Below the pieces are notes generated by a model. That model was not told the origin of the DNA and did not search any database. It saw only the letters and a list, made by a program, of their open reading frames with translations. Below are positions 14,034 through 27,300 of a stretch of 64,000 nt of DNA, in pieces (position 1 is the first letter of the stretch; every line of letters begins with the position of its first letter). The stretch is from Paragordius varius (Eukaryota; Animalia; Nematomorpha), in the NCBI GenBank assembly GCA_964247055.1, contig OZ176054.1:2356001-2420000 (forward strand). The letters run 5' to 3'. The translations under genes and the position numbers were made by a program.

Positions 14034-16832
14034 ATGGATAAACAAAATAATTTTAAGTCAAACAACAAAGACAACTCTTTCAAATTCCCCAACATTGAAA
14101 TAATGGTTTCTGAGGTTAAAAGTCAGACCAGTACTAATACAGATATAAGCGTTACACCCAAAAATAGTTTTGTCGATGATTTGAAATCGCACGAGAGTAC
14201 AGAAAAAAGTTTGACCAATACTTCAAGTGTTAACATCAGAGCTAAACCAAAAAGCCCAACGAAACATGCTAAATCACCTCCTAGTGTAGTAGCTTCAAAA
14301 TCTGGTAATCGAAAAACTAACCTAGCTAAAAAATTAAGTATTAAATCAGTAGTATTCACCAAAAAATTTTAATAGGTCGTAAAAAATATTTATCTTGTCG
14401 CATTAGCCGTACGCCACACAATATCGATAAATACTCCATAGATGTTTGAAACATTTGCAGATACTTACCCAAAATAAGTACATGGAAAGTTTAATAAGTC
14501 ATAAAAAGGCTATTTAGATCCGCATACGGCCCGTGAGCTGCGGTTTGAAAACCACTGATTTAAATAATTTAAAACAAATTTCTTACAAAGCATTTTCTAT
14601 CTAGATAATGCAGAATTATCAGAGTCTTCGGTAGGGAGTAAAAGTACCCATTCTGTACTCTCTGATGCATCGTCTCACGGTACGCACTCTTCCAACGTTC
14701 ATGCCAGCGAAAAAGGGAGCAAAGATTCCAGCGTTAATCTCGATAAAACCACAACAATAATACATAAAGATGAACCTTTTAGGGAAAAAAGTGTTGAGTC
14801 ACCTTCATTTGCTCCTACGACTCTTATAACAGATGCCAGACTATTTTCCATCATTCAAAGCAATAAAAATGTCACACCTGGCCCACCAACTCCGGATTGG
14901 GGCAAAATACGTGATGCCAGGCGTGAAAGTTTGTGTTATAATAGCCGGGCCGATAGCATAACCAAGTATGCCATGAGTGAAGCTGAAGAACGACAAATGA
15001 GACCAAAGGTCTCCAAAGCCCGACCCTCTTGGCCCAAACAGAAAAGTTATGAGGAACAATTTACGGAAATGTTGAAGGAACCTGCTGTAAGTAGTCTTTG
15101 AATATTTACTATTTCTTTTTTAGTTGGGTGGAGAAAAGATGTGAAAACTTTTTAAATCATGGAGAAACTGTAATTGATATCCCAATGCCCTTTTCTAAAA
15201 ACAAAATAGCTTTTAAATTCTGGAAAACGCAATAATAATAAATATCCCATTATCGCGAGTTCCCTCACAATTCCCTTCTGTAAAGCTCTAACCTAGGCTG
15301 CCTTTTATTGAACCTTATTTTATTCTTTACTTCCAACACGACAATATTTACTATAAACCAAAATGGATTTTTTAATACTATAAAAAATTGATATAACGAT
15401 CTAATTAAAATCTGGCCTTTCTTTTTAAAAATATAAGAGATTTTGACATTTTAGATATATCTCGTTCCCGGGTAAAAATTATAATTACTTTTTTTTCACC
15501 TGTATTAATTGCAAACTTACTTTCTTTCAAACTTAAACACCAAAAGCAACAGATGGGAAAGTGTATATTGTTTCTTAACTAATTAAAAAATGTTTTTAAA
15601 TCAATTATTACACAATAATTAACTTATTTATTTTAATAATAAAAATTTACGATAACGAGCCAATTATTTATTATTATATAATTTAAATTATTAAATATTA
15701 AAATTAATAAATAAGTAAATAAAATACTTCAAAAGATTATTGAAAGAAGTCTCACCTGAAACAATAGATTAAAAGATAATTTAATTACATTACCATAATT
15801 AAAAAGTATTTCATAAAATTATTATAAATTTAATCAAAAAGTAATTTACTCAAGTGTTTTGTTTATCTAATGTCATGCATAAAATTATTATTTACGAAAA
15901 TTTTTTTTAGTTTTAATTCATCAAAAAATCTTTAAAACATTTTTTCTTAAAAAAATTAAACGATTTTATAAATGCTTTTATCAGGCTTTAGAAATGTTTG
16001 GTTGACCGATATTAGAAACAAATTAAATTATACCTTAAAATTATAAAATGTAAAAAAATTTAATGTAATGTATTCAAAAGTTTATGTATAATTAATTTTT
16101 GCTTCAAAATCGATTGATTGAAGTGTTAATTTTACCGATTAGTTACATGAATATTAATAATTAATGCTATTTTTATAGAGTTTATCATTATGAAAATTTA
16201 TAATTAACATTTCTATTTAAATGCTTTTTTGCTAGAAAAACTATTGTTCAGCCACTGATAGTTGGAGTGTCATTGATAAAACCATTATAAAGAAAATGTG
16301 GCTCCCGATGGAGGTATTTAATGTTAAAAAATTCCCATTTTATATACATATGGTCGGTCGTTGTTTAAATTTTTATTTGGGAATTAAAATTAAAGTTTTA
16401 CAGACTTTAAGAGATCTAAAATATAAGACATTAGACACCAGATGAAGTATTCTAACTCATAACATAGCAAGTCGTTTACGGTTTTAGCCATCAAGCACAA
16501 AAGAAAATATTGCAATAATTTAAAAATAATAAAGATTTGTTTTATATTTAAGCCTAAACATTAAATTTACTATTATACTCGTATTTTTTAAATGTGCTTA
16601 TTGTTTTTTGCAATCACATTCCGAACTTAATCATTCTCCCGTTTCATGATAAATTAATGCTTATTACAAAAGATATTGACTCTAAAAGGGCCAAAATGTA
16701 AAAAGTTTTTTGTCATATTTATCAAGAAAATAGTTTCCAATCATCTTTTTAATCATTTATAATGTTTTTAAAAGACTATAATAATAAAATTCTTTTTAGC
16801 TAAATAAATGGAATGACAAAACGATTCCCTAA
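14034..16832 (+). CDS. Unknown Ser/Lys-rich protein, ~287 aa, 4 exons
   Basis: Exons 14034-14304, 14605-15086, 16236-16313 and 16800-16832 have GT-AG sites and consistent phases (864 nt). The translation includes TPGPPTPDWGKIRDARRES...RPSWPKQKSYEEQFTEMLKEPA|KNYCSATDSW...PME|LNKWNDKTIP*. Confidence 0.7.
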
Positions 16833-17439
16833 TCCAATTATGCCTTTTTTTCCAATAATCAATGTTACGAAACCCTTTTTAAAAATTAATTTCACAAGGA
16901 TTACATAGCCAAAGTTGTAGAGGCCATTGTATAGTTGGTGGTGCAACTTAACTATAATCACTAAAAATAAAAATCGATAATCCTATAGGACACGCATCAA
17001 AATATAGGAAATGCTTTAATTAAAAACATTAAATATCGTTTTTGTTAAAAAAAAAAACAGATAAATTTTATTTCAACACATCAAACATTTTTATATAATT
17101 TTTATAATTATTAAGGCAATAGTATCCGCCCTGCATTTACTAGGGCTAAAAATAAAAAGCAATGCAGTAAAAAATCACTTTTTCGTTTTTTTGCTTTAAT
17201 ACGTATCTAATCTTAATATTATCGTGGCTAACATGATTATGTCAAAAATTTTGACCATAACCATACACTTTACTTAATGGATGTACACGTTTATGGTGGT
17301 AAATTTGGTAAAAGAAAAATCGATAAAATTAGTTTTGGATAAGTATGTTGTAAAACCTTTAAATATTTTTCCTACAAAAGCATTAGAGACATTTAAATTA
17401 AATAGCAAGCAAATTTGTTGGTGGTGTAAACTAGTTTAA

Positions 17440-17770
17440 TATACCATTTACCATTCAAATTCACCCTCGAACGATTCAAATTCACTCTTGAACAATTCAA
17501 ATTCACCCTAAAAATCAATTATGTGTTTTCGAACCAATATAACTCATTATTAATATGAAATATATCTTCATGGCATAGTTTATTTTTTCAGTAATTATAT
17601 TACTTAAAAACAAAATTTCAATTAAAAAATATATTCAAATTTAGGCAATATTTAATCTTATATATATATATATATATATATAAAATAGAATTTGTAGTGT
17701 TGGAGGGTAAATTTCAATTGTTCAAGGGTGAATTTGAATTTTTTAAGGGTGAAATAATTGGAATGGTATA
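17440..17770. mobile_element. Palindromic MITE with TATACCAT termini and 21-bp subterminal tandem repeats
   Basis: The left end TATACCATTTACC plus (ATTCAAATTCACCCTCGAACG)-like repeats x3 is inverted against GGGTGAATTTGAAT... and GAATGGTATA at the right end. Related fragments lie at ~23860-23970 and ~36720-37010. Confidence 0.7.
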
Positions 17771-19946
17771 AAACCATGATTGGGTATAATCAGATCTATA
17801 ATTCACCTATGAACGTTACTCTAACCGCTTGTAAAAATGATCAATCCCTCGCCATTGTTTGGTTTGGTCATACAACTAAGGTTAAGTTTTTTAACCGGTT
17901 AAAAATGATAACCGGTCATAAATGCAGTCATAATATTATAAAAATATATATAAACCAAGCAAAATGTGATTGATAGGTTGATATTGGTTTTAATGTATAA
18001 ATACACTCTAAAAACAAGGAAGCATTGTTAAGTCTTTTAAGTTTGAATAAGTTTTAAAGTTTTTAACTGGCTATTTTTATTAATCGATCAGATTAAACTT
18101 AATTATATATCTTACATGTATGTATTTGTGAATACTTATAACTAATAACTAATAACCGCATTCATTTGACCGTTCACGCTTATTCTATTATGCTAAAATA
18201 TTTTGGACTTACTTTATGTTTCAACTTGTTTTGGTAAATAAAGTTCACATATTTATCATAATTAAATTTAGAACACAATCGAACTAGATGAAAAGGAGTT
18301 TGAGGTAACTGCCCCAACGTCGCATACTGTAAGCGGAATTGCTGTTTGAACTTTCATAATCTTTCCACAAATCTTTTCAATCAAAAATAAATTTATGATT
18401 TTTTACGTATTTTTTATTATAAAACTTTCTGTAAAAATGTGAGTTTCGGGTATTAAAAGACATCAGATTTTAGTTTTTAAAGATTTTGCATGCATATCAA
18501 TGGATAGGGGACAGTATTTTTTATGAGTTGGAGAAAACTGAGGGTTAATTACCTTTTTTTGCTTTTTTTAAGTTTGGTAAAAGAACAATAAAATTTCAGT
18601 TTTTAATTAAATGCGAATTTATGGAAATATATGGTGGGAAGAAGACATTCGTGAAAACAATACCATAAAAAATTATATATTTTGATACGCAAAATATTTA
18701 AACATTTATTAAACATTAAAATGCAAAATTTTAGCAAAATTTTTACAACATACGTTATAATTTTTTTATTCAGCAATAAAATTGATGAGGTATCCTGCTA
18801 TGCAATTTTATTTTAAAAAATGTCAAATTTTATTTCTAAAAAAATAATTATTTTTTGAAAATGGGTTTTTTTGTTTCGTTCTTTACATAATTATTTGAAA
18901 CATTAATTATAAATTTTTTTATTTTTTTAAAAATATCATCTCCTCACTTTAAATTTTAAGGTGACTGACTTTACATCAATTATAAAATTTTTCTATACCT
19001 TTAAAATTTTTTAAAAGCAAAATTATAAAAATTTAAATGTTATTCAACCCTGTATGTGGTGGCTATTTTTCAGCACATTCTGGCGTGCGAGTTTTTTTAA
19101 AATAATTTGTCTTTTATTTTGAATATTTTAAATATTTAAGAAGTTGTTTTAAATTTACAGATGAAGGATTTTAAAATTAAATTTAAGTTTTAGAAAAAAA
19201 GACATCCACCTCAAAGCTGTCAATGTATGTCTGTTAGAATGTTGTTGAGCGATATATGCATTTAAAAAGATTAAAAAATACCCTATTTTCAGATAGACTG
19301 TAACCAAAATTTTAGTTTAGCTTCCAAGACATGTTTTTGTCATTAATTCGGTTCGACATATTTATATTTTTTAAAAATGATTGTTTTAAAGTTTTTTACG
19401 CCAAAATATTTATGTGGTTTTATTGTTTTTGTTTTTGTTCTTGGTCAAATGGTTCTAATGTCGATTGACTTTTTTTAAAAAAGATTTAGCTTTAACCTTT
19501 TATACGGATAAAATTCTCGAAGTCATAAAAATTTAAACTTATAGCAAAAATTAATGGTGTTTACTACTGTAAAAAATCAAAAAAATATACACTTATTTTC
19601 CAAATTAAAGGGTTAACATTATAAAAAGTTATAGGCAGTGATGCCGTTTATCTCATCCAAATTCACAAAAGCGTTCTTCCTTCAAAAGATTTCATAAGGG
19701 ATTCGTCAAACAATACGCTTTCAGATTATTGAATATGAGTTAGAAATATAAAACGGCTTACGATTTGTGATGATGATTGGATAACAAAATATGAAAAAGC
19801 TATAGAGTTATATTTAAAACTTTTATCAAGTATTTATATTACAATAAATAACAAATATTTCCCATAAGCACACCGTTATAGATGGTTGGATGCAAAAATT
19901 ATTGTCTAATATTCATGACATAAATAGACAATCAATGTATCATAGC

Positions 19947-20578
19947 TAGGGTTGTGCATTTGACTGCTTTTTCAAAAAAGTCCGGTCAGACCCAGACCAC
20001 TTTTTACCTAAGTATCATGCGGTAGTAGATTGTCAAAATAATGTTCGAATCACACTTGGGTTTCACTTTGTCATGTTTTTTTAAAAGTTTGTATTAGACA
20101 TTTTTAATATATTATTTACAAATATTTTTTTCAAATGAATTTTGCCACATGTTTGTGGCCTTCTGATTCTACAAATACATAGCTTTTTATAATGGATATT
20201 TTAAATAAAATTTTACTTAGGTGTTTTACATTTCTTTCATCATAAAAATATCCAATTATAGGATGTTTTTCATTTTATTGGTTCACATATATGGAATAAT
20301 TTGCAAAGTGCTTGATGTTTTGTTTTTTGAAATAATTGGATATGCTTAAATGCTAATGTTATAAGAATGCATGTTTAACAATTTTATATTGTTAAATTGG
20401 CATATTTAAATATTTAATTAATATTTTTAAAAAATATATTAAAAAACAATAAAATCTTACTATTTCTCTTCCAAAAAAATTTACCAGCAATTTTTCAAAA
20501 AACAGCTGTTTTTTAAATGACCATGATCAAAAAATAAATAGTCACTGACCGGGTCATGACTTGGTCAGCACAACCCTA
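19947..20578. mobile_element. Non-autonomous hAT element (MITE), ~630 bp
   Basis: 11-bp TIR TAGGGTTGTGC / GCACAACCCTA and an 8-bp TSD ATCATAGC / ATCATTGC (7/8 match). Confidence 0.8.
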
Positions 20579-21033
20579 ATCATTGCACTGAAAATTCATG
20601 CTAAAAATACATTATAAATACCACCACCATAATAAGAATTGAATTAAATAGAAAAAAATGTAAAGATGAATTGGATAAATAGCAAATAAAACTAAAATGG
20701 GGCTAAAATGTTATCCACCCATGAAATGACCCATAAGCCACAATATTTGTAAAATTAATAATAGGAAAAAAGAAATAAACCCATATTGATGAGTGGAATG
20801 AATAAAGTACAGGAACTCTAAATTTAACTATAACTTTAAAATATAAAGTAAGGCTTTGCCATAATTTATAATAATTTACTTTTTTGCATTTTTTACCCTA
20901 TTATTTTTATTTAAAATTAAGAAATGTTTTGTTAAAAATAAATTTTAAAGATACTTTCATTCATTTTTTTTAAATTCAAACTTTAAATAAATAAATAAAT
21001 TCATATCCCATAATTTGTACATAATAATTTATT

Positions 21034-21080
<47 letters not shown>

Positions 21081-21149
21081 TGTAGATTCGTTTTTGTCAA
21101 ATAAATAATATAGTAACATATATATATATTCTCATACAAATATGGCTGG

Positions 21150-24100
21150 CTATAAATTATGATTAACAACAACATTATATTTGGCAGTTTTTCTACTAAT
21201 TCCTTTAATTTTTCGATAGTTGGCAGTCCATGGGAAAAAAACGAAGGCGCACCTTTTAAGCCCCAACAACGCAATATTAGGCCAAATGCTGCCAAGATTA
21301 CTTTGATTATAATTGTTAGAGCAAAGGCAGCATCTGTAAAATCGTACATAACAGGATACAAGTTTTCGACGACCCCCACCAAACACCAAACATATTGCAA
21401 TGAAAATGGCATTCAATACAATGAATAGTCCAATGATCCAAATGAAAAGTCGTAATGATATAACGAAAAATTTGTCATCATTTATATTAATATTATTTGA
21501 ATGCTTCAAAAATGTAGTTGGATGAAGGAAGAAAGATTGTTGTGAGTTTGGTAAATAATGTTGCCCTTGGTGCAATCGATCCTCTCCTGTAATAGTAATA
21601 CAATTAAAAGATTATTTGTTTTTAATAAGTTTTTCATGATATCAGTAGTTAAAAAAATGTAGAGTGTAGAGTCTCTTTTTTCATTTTTTTATTAAAGGGT
21701 ATTTATTGACTTTAATTGTATCCGGACTTGTCAAGGCTTTAACACTCGCCTGCCTGCCCAGGGCTGACAGTGATGATGGAAAAACTAAGTAGTTTCGGGG
21801 TTCGAACTCTGACACGCAGTGCAAGAGTCCGGCGACCTACCTACTATACCATCACGCCTTGCCAATTTCATGATATCAGTAGTTAATGTCTGAAAAAACA
21901 AAGGTTTTTTAATATTTCATAGGACAAACGCTAGTTTATGGGTAAAATATACCTTTTTTTAACCTTATATAACAATTCATTTCCAAGTATATTTTTTAAA
22001 ATATGGTCATTTATCTTGGAAAATGTTAAGCTGTGTTGACAAAATCATAATTCACACTATAAGTTAGTATACATTGCTATTCACCAATCATTTCCAAGTA
22101 AAACTTACACAAAAATTATAATATTGACTTAAAGTTATATATTTTCACTTTTTGGTGCTATCAGCAAATATTAATGTGCTTAGCTATACAGTAGCATATG
22201 GCATAAAACTATTAGTCCCTAAAAGAATAAAGCAATGTTTTTTTTAAAAAAACAAGTCTAGTTGTATATCCACATATCCATAATATCCCCTTGTTTTTTT
22301 GAAAAAAAAACATTTTTTATTCTTTTATGGAGTAATATTTTTTTATGCCATTCGCTACTATATATGTTATCGAGCAACATTTAGTGAAAAACTACAAATG
22401 TGTAAAGGCCTGATTAACAATTTTATCTGTATATATATTATTAATATTTCAATCTTTCTGGGATTAAAAACCAGTTCCTTACCCAGAAATGGGGCTTGAC
22501 CCTGCCCATCGACGTCTAAATCTGGTTTAAGAGGTAAAAATATTGATTCATCTTGAGTGATCCCAACAATATTTTGTTGGCTACCATCTTCCTTTTTGGG
22601 TTTAGTTCGATATTCTTCCCATCTAAGCGTACCAATTTGATAAGTTTCAGGATCTAATCGATAGGCTGAAAGTGTGTCAGGTCCAGGGTTCAATAAAAAG
22701 AGAAGCGTTGTCATGGCAACGCCAAGTGCAGCTTTCGAAAATTTCCCATCCAAATCACAAAGCGAATGATCGTTTATTCGACTGTTCTTCGGTGGTGAAT
22801 TATGTAGTAATGCGTAATTAGGGATATTATCAATCTAAAAAATGAATTTGAATTCAGAACTCACATATAAAACGTTGTATAATAGCTACTTAAACACAAA
22901 AATATTATCAATAATACAGTTAATATCGGGCGGATATTTTCATATCATAATCGTATTCTACTATTATCTTAACCTGATATTATTTCAAATTTTATGAGCT
23001 TTATTTTTTAGCAATATTTTTGGTATAGTTCAAATACATTTAGATTTATGTTATAAAAAGTTACCTACCCTATAACCATTCATAGATAGAAAATATAAAT
23101 TAATAAAACTAATATGCACCAAAAATCAAACCATATAAAAATATATTTTTCAAATAATGAGTTCCACAAAATCGATAAATTATTACTTCTAGCACATTAA
23201 TTTTCCAAATAAAAGAAATTAAAAGTATTTACATTTTCAAAATCAAATGCCAAAGGATGTTGAAATGGTATATAAGGTGTTTGAGTATTCTTTTTATTAA
23301 CATTATTGCCAACAAAATGGGGGGGTCCTTCAGCGTTGTTTTGTAAAACGTTATTCATTACAAAACATCCATGAGACTCTAATGGAATATGCCCTCCATT
23401 TCGACGGACCAAAGAATTAAAAAGTTGAGAGTTTGGCGTTAAACTTCGACCTATTATATCATCTATCAGGTCATGATCCAAAAAATCCATGTAACCCAGG
23501 TATAAACATATGGCAACTAAAAATATAGATAATAAAAAACATTTTATTTACTAATCTGTGTTATATTGTAAAGCATCAAAATTTCAAATCTTATTGGTTA
23601 ATAAACTTTTCTTATCGTACTTAATTGCTTTGAATATTTTGCCCGTAATTTAAATTCCCATATTCCCCCTAAAACAGTATGTTTTGTAGTTAATATATTA
23701 CGATTAAACGTTTGTTTTTAGCAAATTATATTTTTTTATTTTTTGGTTCGTAAATTATAGATTTTTTTTTAAAAATCAAAAAAAAATATAATTAGGTCCT
23801 ATAACATACAATAACTTTTGATCCAAACAAGGCATCCTAAAATCAAATACTTAAACATTTGTAAATTTTAAAAATGGTAGTTACCATGATTAGTAAATAT
23901 ACATAACCATATACAAACGTTCAAGGGTGTATTAGAAGTTTTTAGATAAATTTAAAGAATTTTAGGGTAAAATATTTGTAATAATGACATATTTAGCTTA
24001 ATTTATAAAATATAAATGTCGTTTATAAGACTTACCAGTATTTAAAACATCGGCATTTTGATAAACCAACTGATTCCCGATTTTTGATTTCCTTATGAAT

Positions 24101-24324
24101 GCCAAAGCGTTTGTACATAATTCTGATTGCCAAATTGTGAGAGATTTACGCTGTCCGACCAAATACGTGTTAAATTGATGTCCACAACCAAACTATATCA
24201 TTAATTTTAGTGGTTATTTTATTTTAAAAAAAATTATCAAAGTGGCTATGTACAATCTTCAATTAAAATATTTTGTGATTATATAAATTTTAAAAAATTT
24301 TGACTTTACAACATGGTAAATTTG

Positions 24325-24358
<34 letters not shown>

Positions 24359-27300
24359 GGGTGGCCACACTTTTTTTGTCGCGAGCTTTTTTTTGGCTTT
24401 TTTGTTAAAAAAAGAGTTCGCGGTCACCCAGAAATATTTATCAAAAAAACTCAATCAACACTTTAAATGATGTATATACCTGCTTTACAGATTAGAGTGA
24501 CTTGTTTAAACCATTTTAAAATTGTAATTTTTTTATCTATCAACCAAATACAAAAATAATTTTAATTAAAAGACAACGGGTTATTAACTACCTTAATTTT
24601 TTAACCAACATAAAACACTTCAAAATATTTATTTATTAAATTTCTATTATATGAAATTTTACAATATAAAAATTTAAACAATGCATTTGAAATTACAGGG
24701 GAGAATACATTATGATACAAAAAATAAAAGAAATAAAAAATAGCATTCCAATTTAGAACCATAATTTGAACATAAATAAGAGTACATTAAAATTGTATCA
24801 GTTTTAATTCTATCCACATATTTTTTAGTAAATCGGCTTTTTCCTAAGCGAAAATACAACTAGATAAACATCCATATTTAATAAAGAAAAAAATATTTAA
24901 AACGCCCGACTGCGAAAAAATTCAGAAAGTTTATCTAAATTAGGTTCAAATGAAGTCAAAGCAATTCTCAAACATGATTCTAAATGTTTATTAGTTAATT
25001 GTGACCTCTGTTTAGTTTTGATAGCATTCATAATTGAAAAAGCCGATTCACATAAATATGTGGATCCAAAAAAAGAATTGAATAATGCAGCGGTTTTCCA
25101 AATATGGGGGTATTTATCTTTATTTATAAATTTATATATATCTGATCCTAATGATGGATATCGCATTTAACATTTATTAATTTCTCTTCCAATTCTGCTA
25201 AATTTGGTACACCAAGAAAGTGGCTGAGTTTTTGAGCAATATTTTCAACATTATTATTATTATTAAATGGGCATGATAAAAAAATAGCGATGTCTTCAAG
25301 TTTATTTATAGATGAAAATCGTATTCCAAAATCATTAATAAGCAGACCAATATCATCTGCATATTTTTCAAAAGAGAGATTCTCTATTTTTTCAGACACC
25401 GCTGCCAGATTAAAAAAATGTTTTAAATCTCGGTTTTTTAATTGTGTTTCTACTGCTGTTAGTGTTTCCTTAAAAGATTTTAAAGCACCCATCATATCCA
25501 TTATTTTTTTATCTTTTCCTTGTAATTGGATGTTTAATTTATGCAATTTTTCCGTGATATCGCATAAAAATGCAAGATCAAGCAGCCAATCTTGATCTTT
25601 CAATTCAGGGTATGAAAATTTAAAATTCTCTAAAAAAATTTCTATTTGTGGTAAAAGTTGCCTAAATTTAATTAAAAATGCGGCACGACTCAACCACCTT
25701 ACATCAGTATGTAATAAAAGTTCTCCATATTCCACGCCGCACTCATTTAACAAAATTTGAAATTGGCGGCGGGACAAGCTTTTTGTTCGAATGGCGTTAA
25801 CAATTTTAAAACAGGGGTTCATTACATGATGGTATTTTAAAACTTTTGAACATAAAACTTGATTATGGATTATACAATGGTAATCAATGAACTTGGGAAA
25901 TGCACTGTGATTTTTACATAAAGCGATAAAGCCGTTGTTAACGCCAATCATAGCTGGAGCTCCATCAGTAGTTATAGATGCGAGTTTTACGATGGCTCGT
26001 ATCTGTGATAAATTTATAAAAAGAATCAAAAATATCCTGCCCTCTGGTTCGTTGCAGATAAATCACTAAATATCATACGAATAAAAATGCATAATTGGGC
26101 GATTCCAACATAATCGGTGGACTCATCGAGTTGCAAGGAAAAAAAATACAGTTATTAATATTTTCATGTAAAATTTTATCAAGATTATTACTAATATCTT
26201 CAGCCCTGCGCATAACGGTATTTCTCGATAAGCTTATGCTTTTAATAGCTGTCATAATATTATTTTTGTTATCAAAATTTTCAAATAAAATATCACAAGC
26301 GCTAATAAAGGCTTCTTTAAATATTTCACCATCTTGGAATGGCTTATTGTTCCGAATGAGTATTTCCGCTACCTTGAATGAAGCAATCGTAGCATTTTTA
26401 TAGTCTTTGTTGTATTTAAGTATGCTATTTTGTGAGGCGGATAATTTTTCTTTTAATTCCTTTACTTTAATGTTGCGTTCTTGAGTTTGTAAGGGGTTTT
26501 TGGAGTAATGTGGATGCAGAGATCTATAATGTCTTTCAATATTTGACTTTTTGGGCAAAGCAACAGTACTATTGCATATTAGACAGGTGCATGTTTCATT
26601 TATCATAATAAAAAAGTATTCATGCTCCCAATCTTTCTTGTATCTGTACAACTTTTTTTAGCTCATTCTAAAATATAAGTTTTAAAAACCTAATTTTGAT
26701 GTATCAAATCAAATCTAACTTCACGATTATGCTTCTGATTTATGAATAAGCTTTGCTCAAAGTTTTGATATATTCAAGGGAAATGACTGATTTTAAGTTT
26801 TAATGCAAATGCTCCAAAACATATGAATTATAATTAATAAAATAATTTTTTTACACCCTTTTCTTAGACGTTTTTTTTTAATTTAAACCGTATTTTTTTG
26901 TATTTTAAATTTAAATTCGCTCAGAAGTAGCCAACTATCCGAAAAAAATCAATAAAATTTTTTAAAAAAAAAATTTTCAGGCGGTCACTTTTTGAGTTGT
27001 CGCGGTCACGAAAGTGACCGCGGTCACCTCGTTGGCCACCCCTGATATATATAATATATATATATAGACTAAATAGTGGCTAAAAACTAAAATAAAATTA
27101 TTTTTAGCGCATAAACATAAAATTTGTAATGCGCTTTATTTCATCAAAATCATATTTCTGTGGATTCATGTAAAATGTTTTTGGTTTGATACTATTTCGA
27201 AATTTTGGTTAAATATACGAAATACTGCAAATTACAAGGCCCGCTAAAAATTTGGAAATGCATAATTTGCAAAAATACGCTTATAAAAACTTATTAAAAT

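Noticed and set aside
21795-21862. Possible tRNA gene
   Set aside because: The acceptor and anticodon stems do not close. It is followed by a body and A-rich tail and flanked by a TSD, so it is called a SINE.
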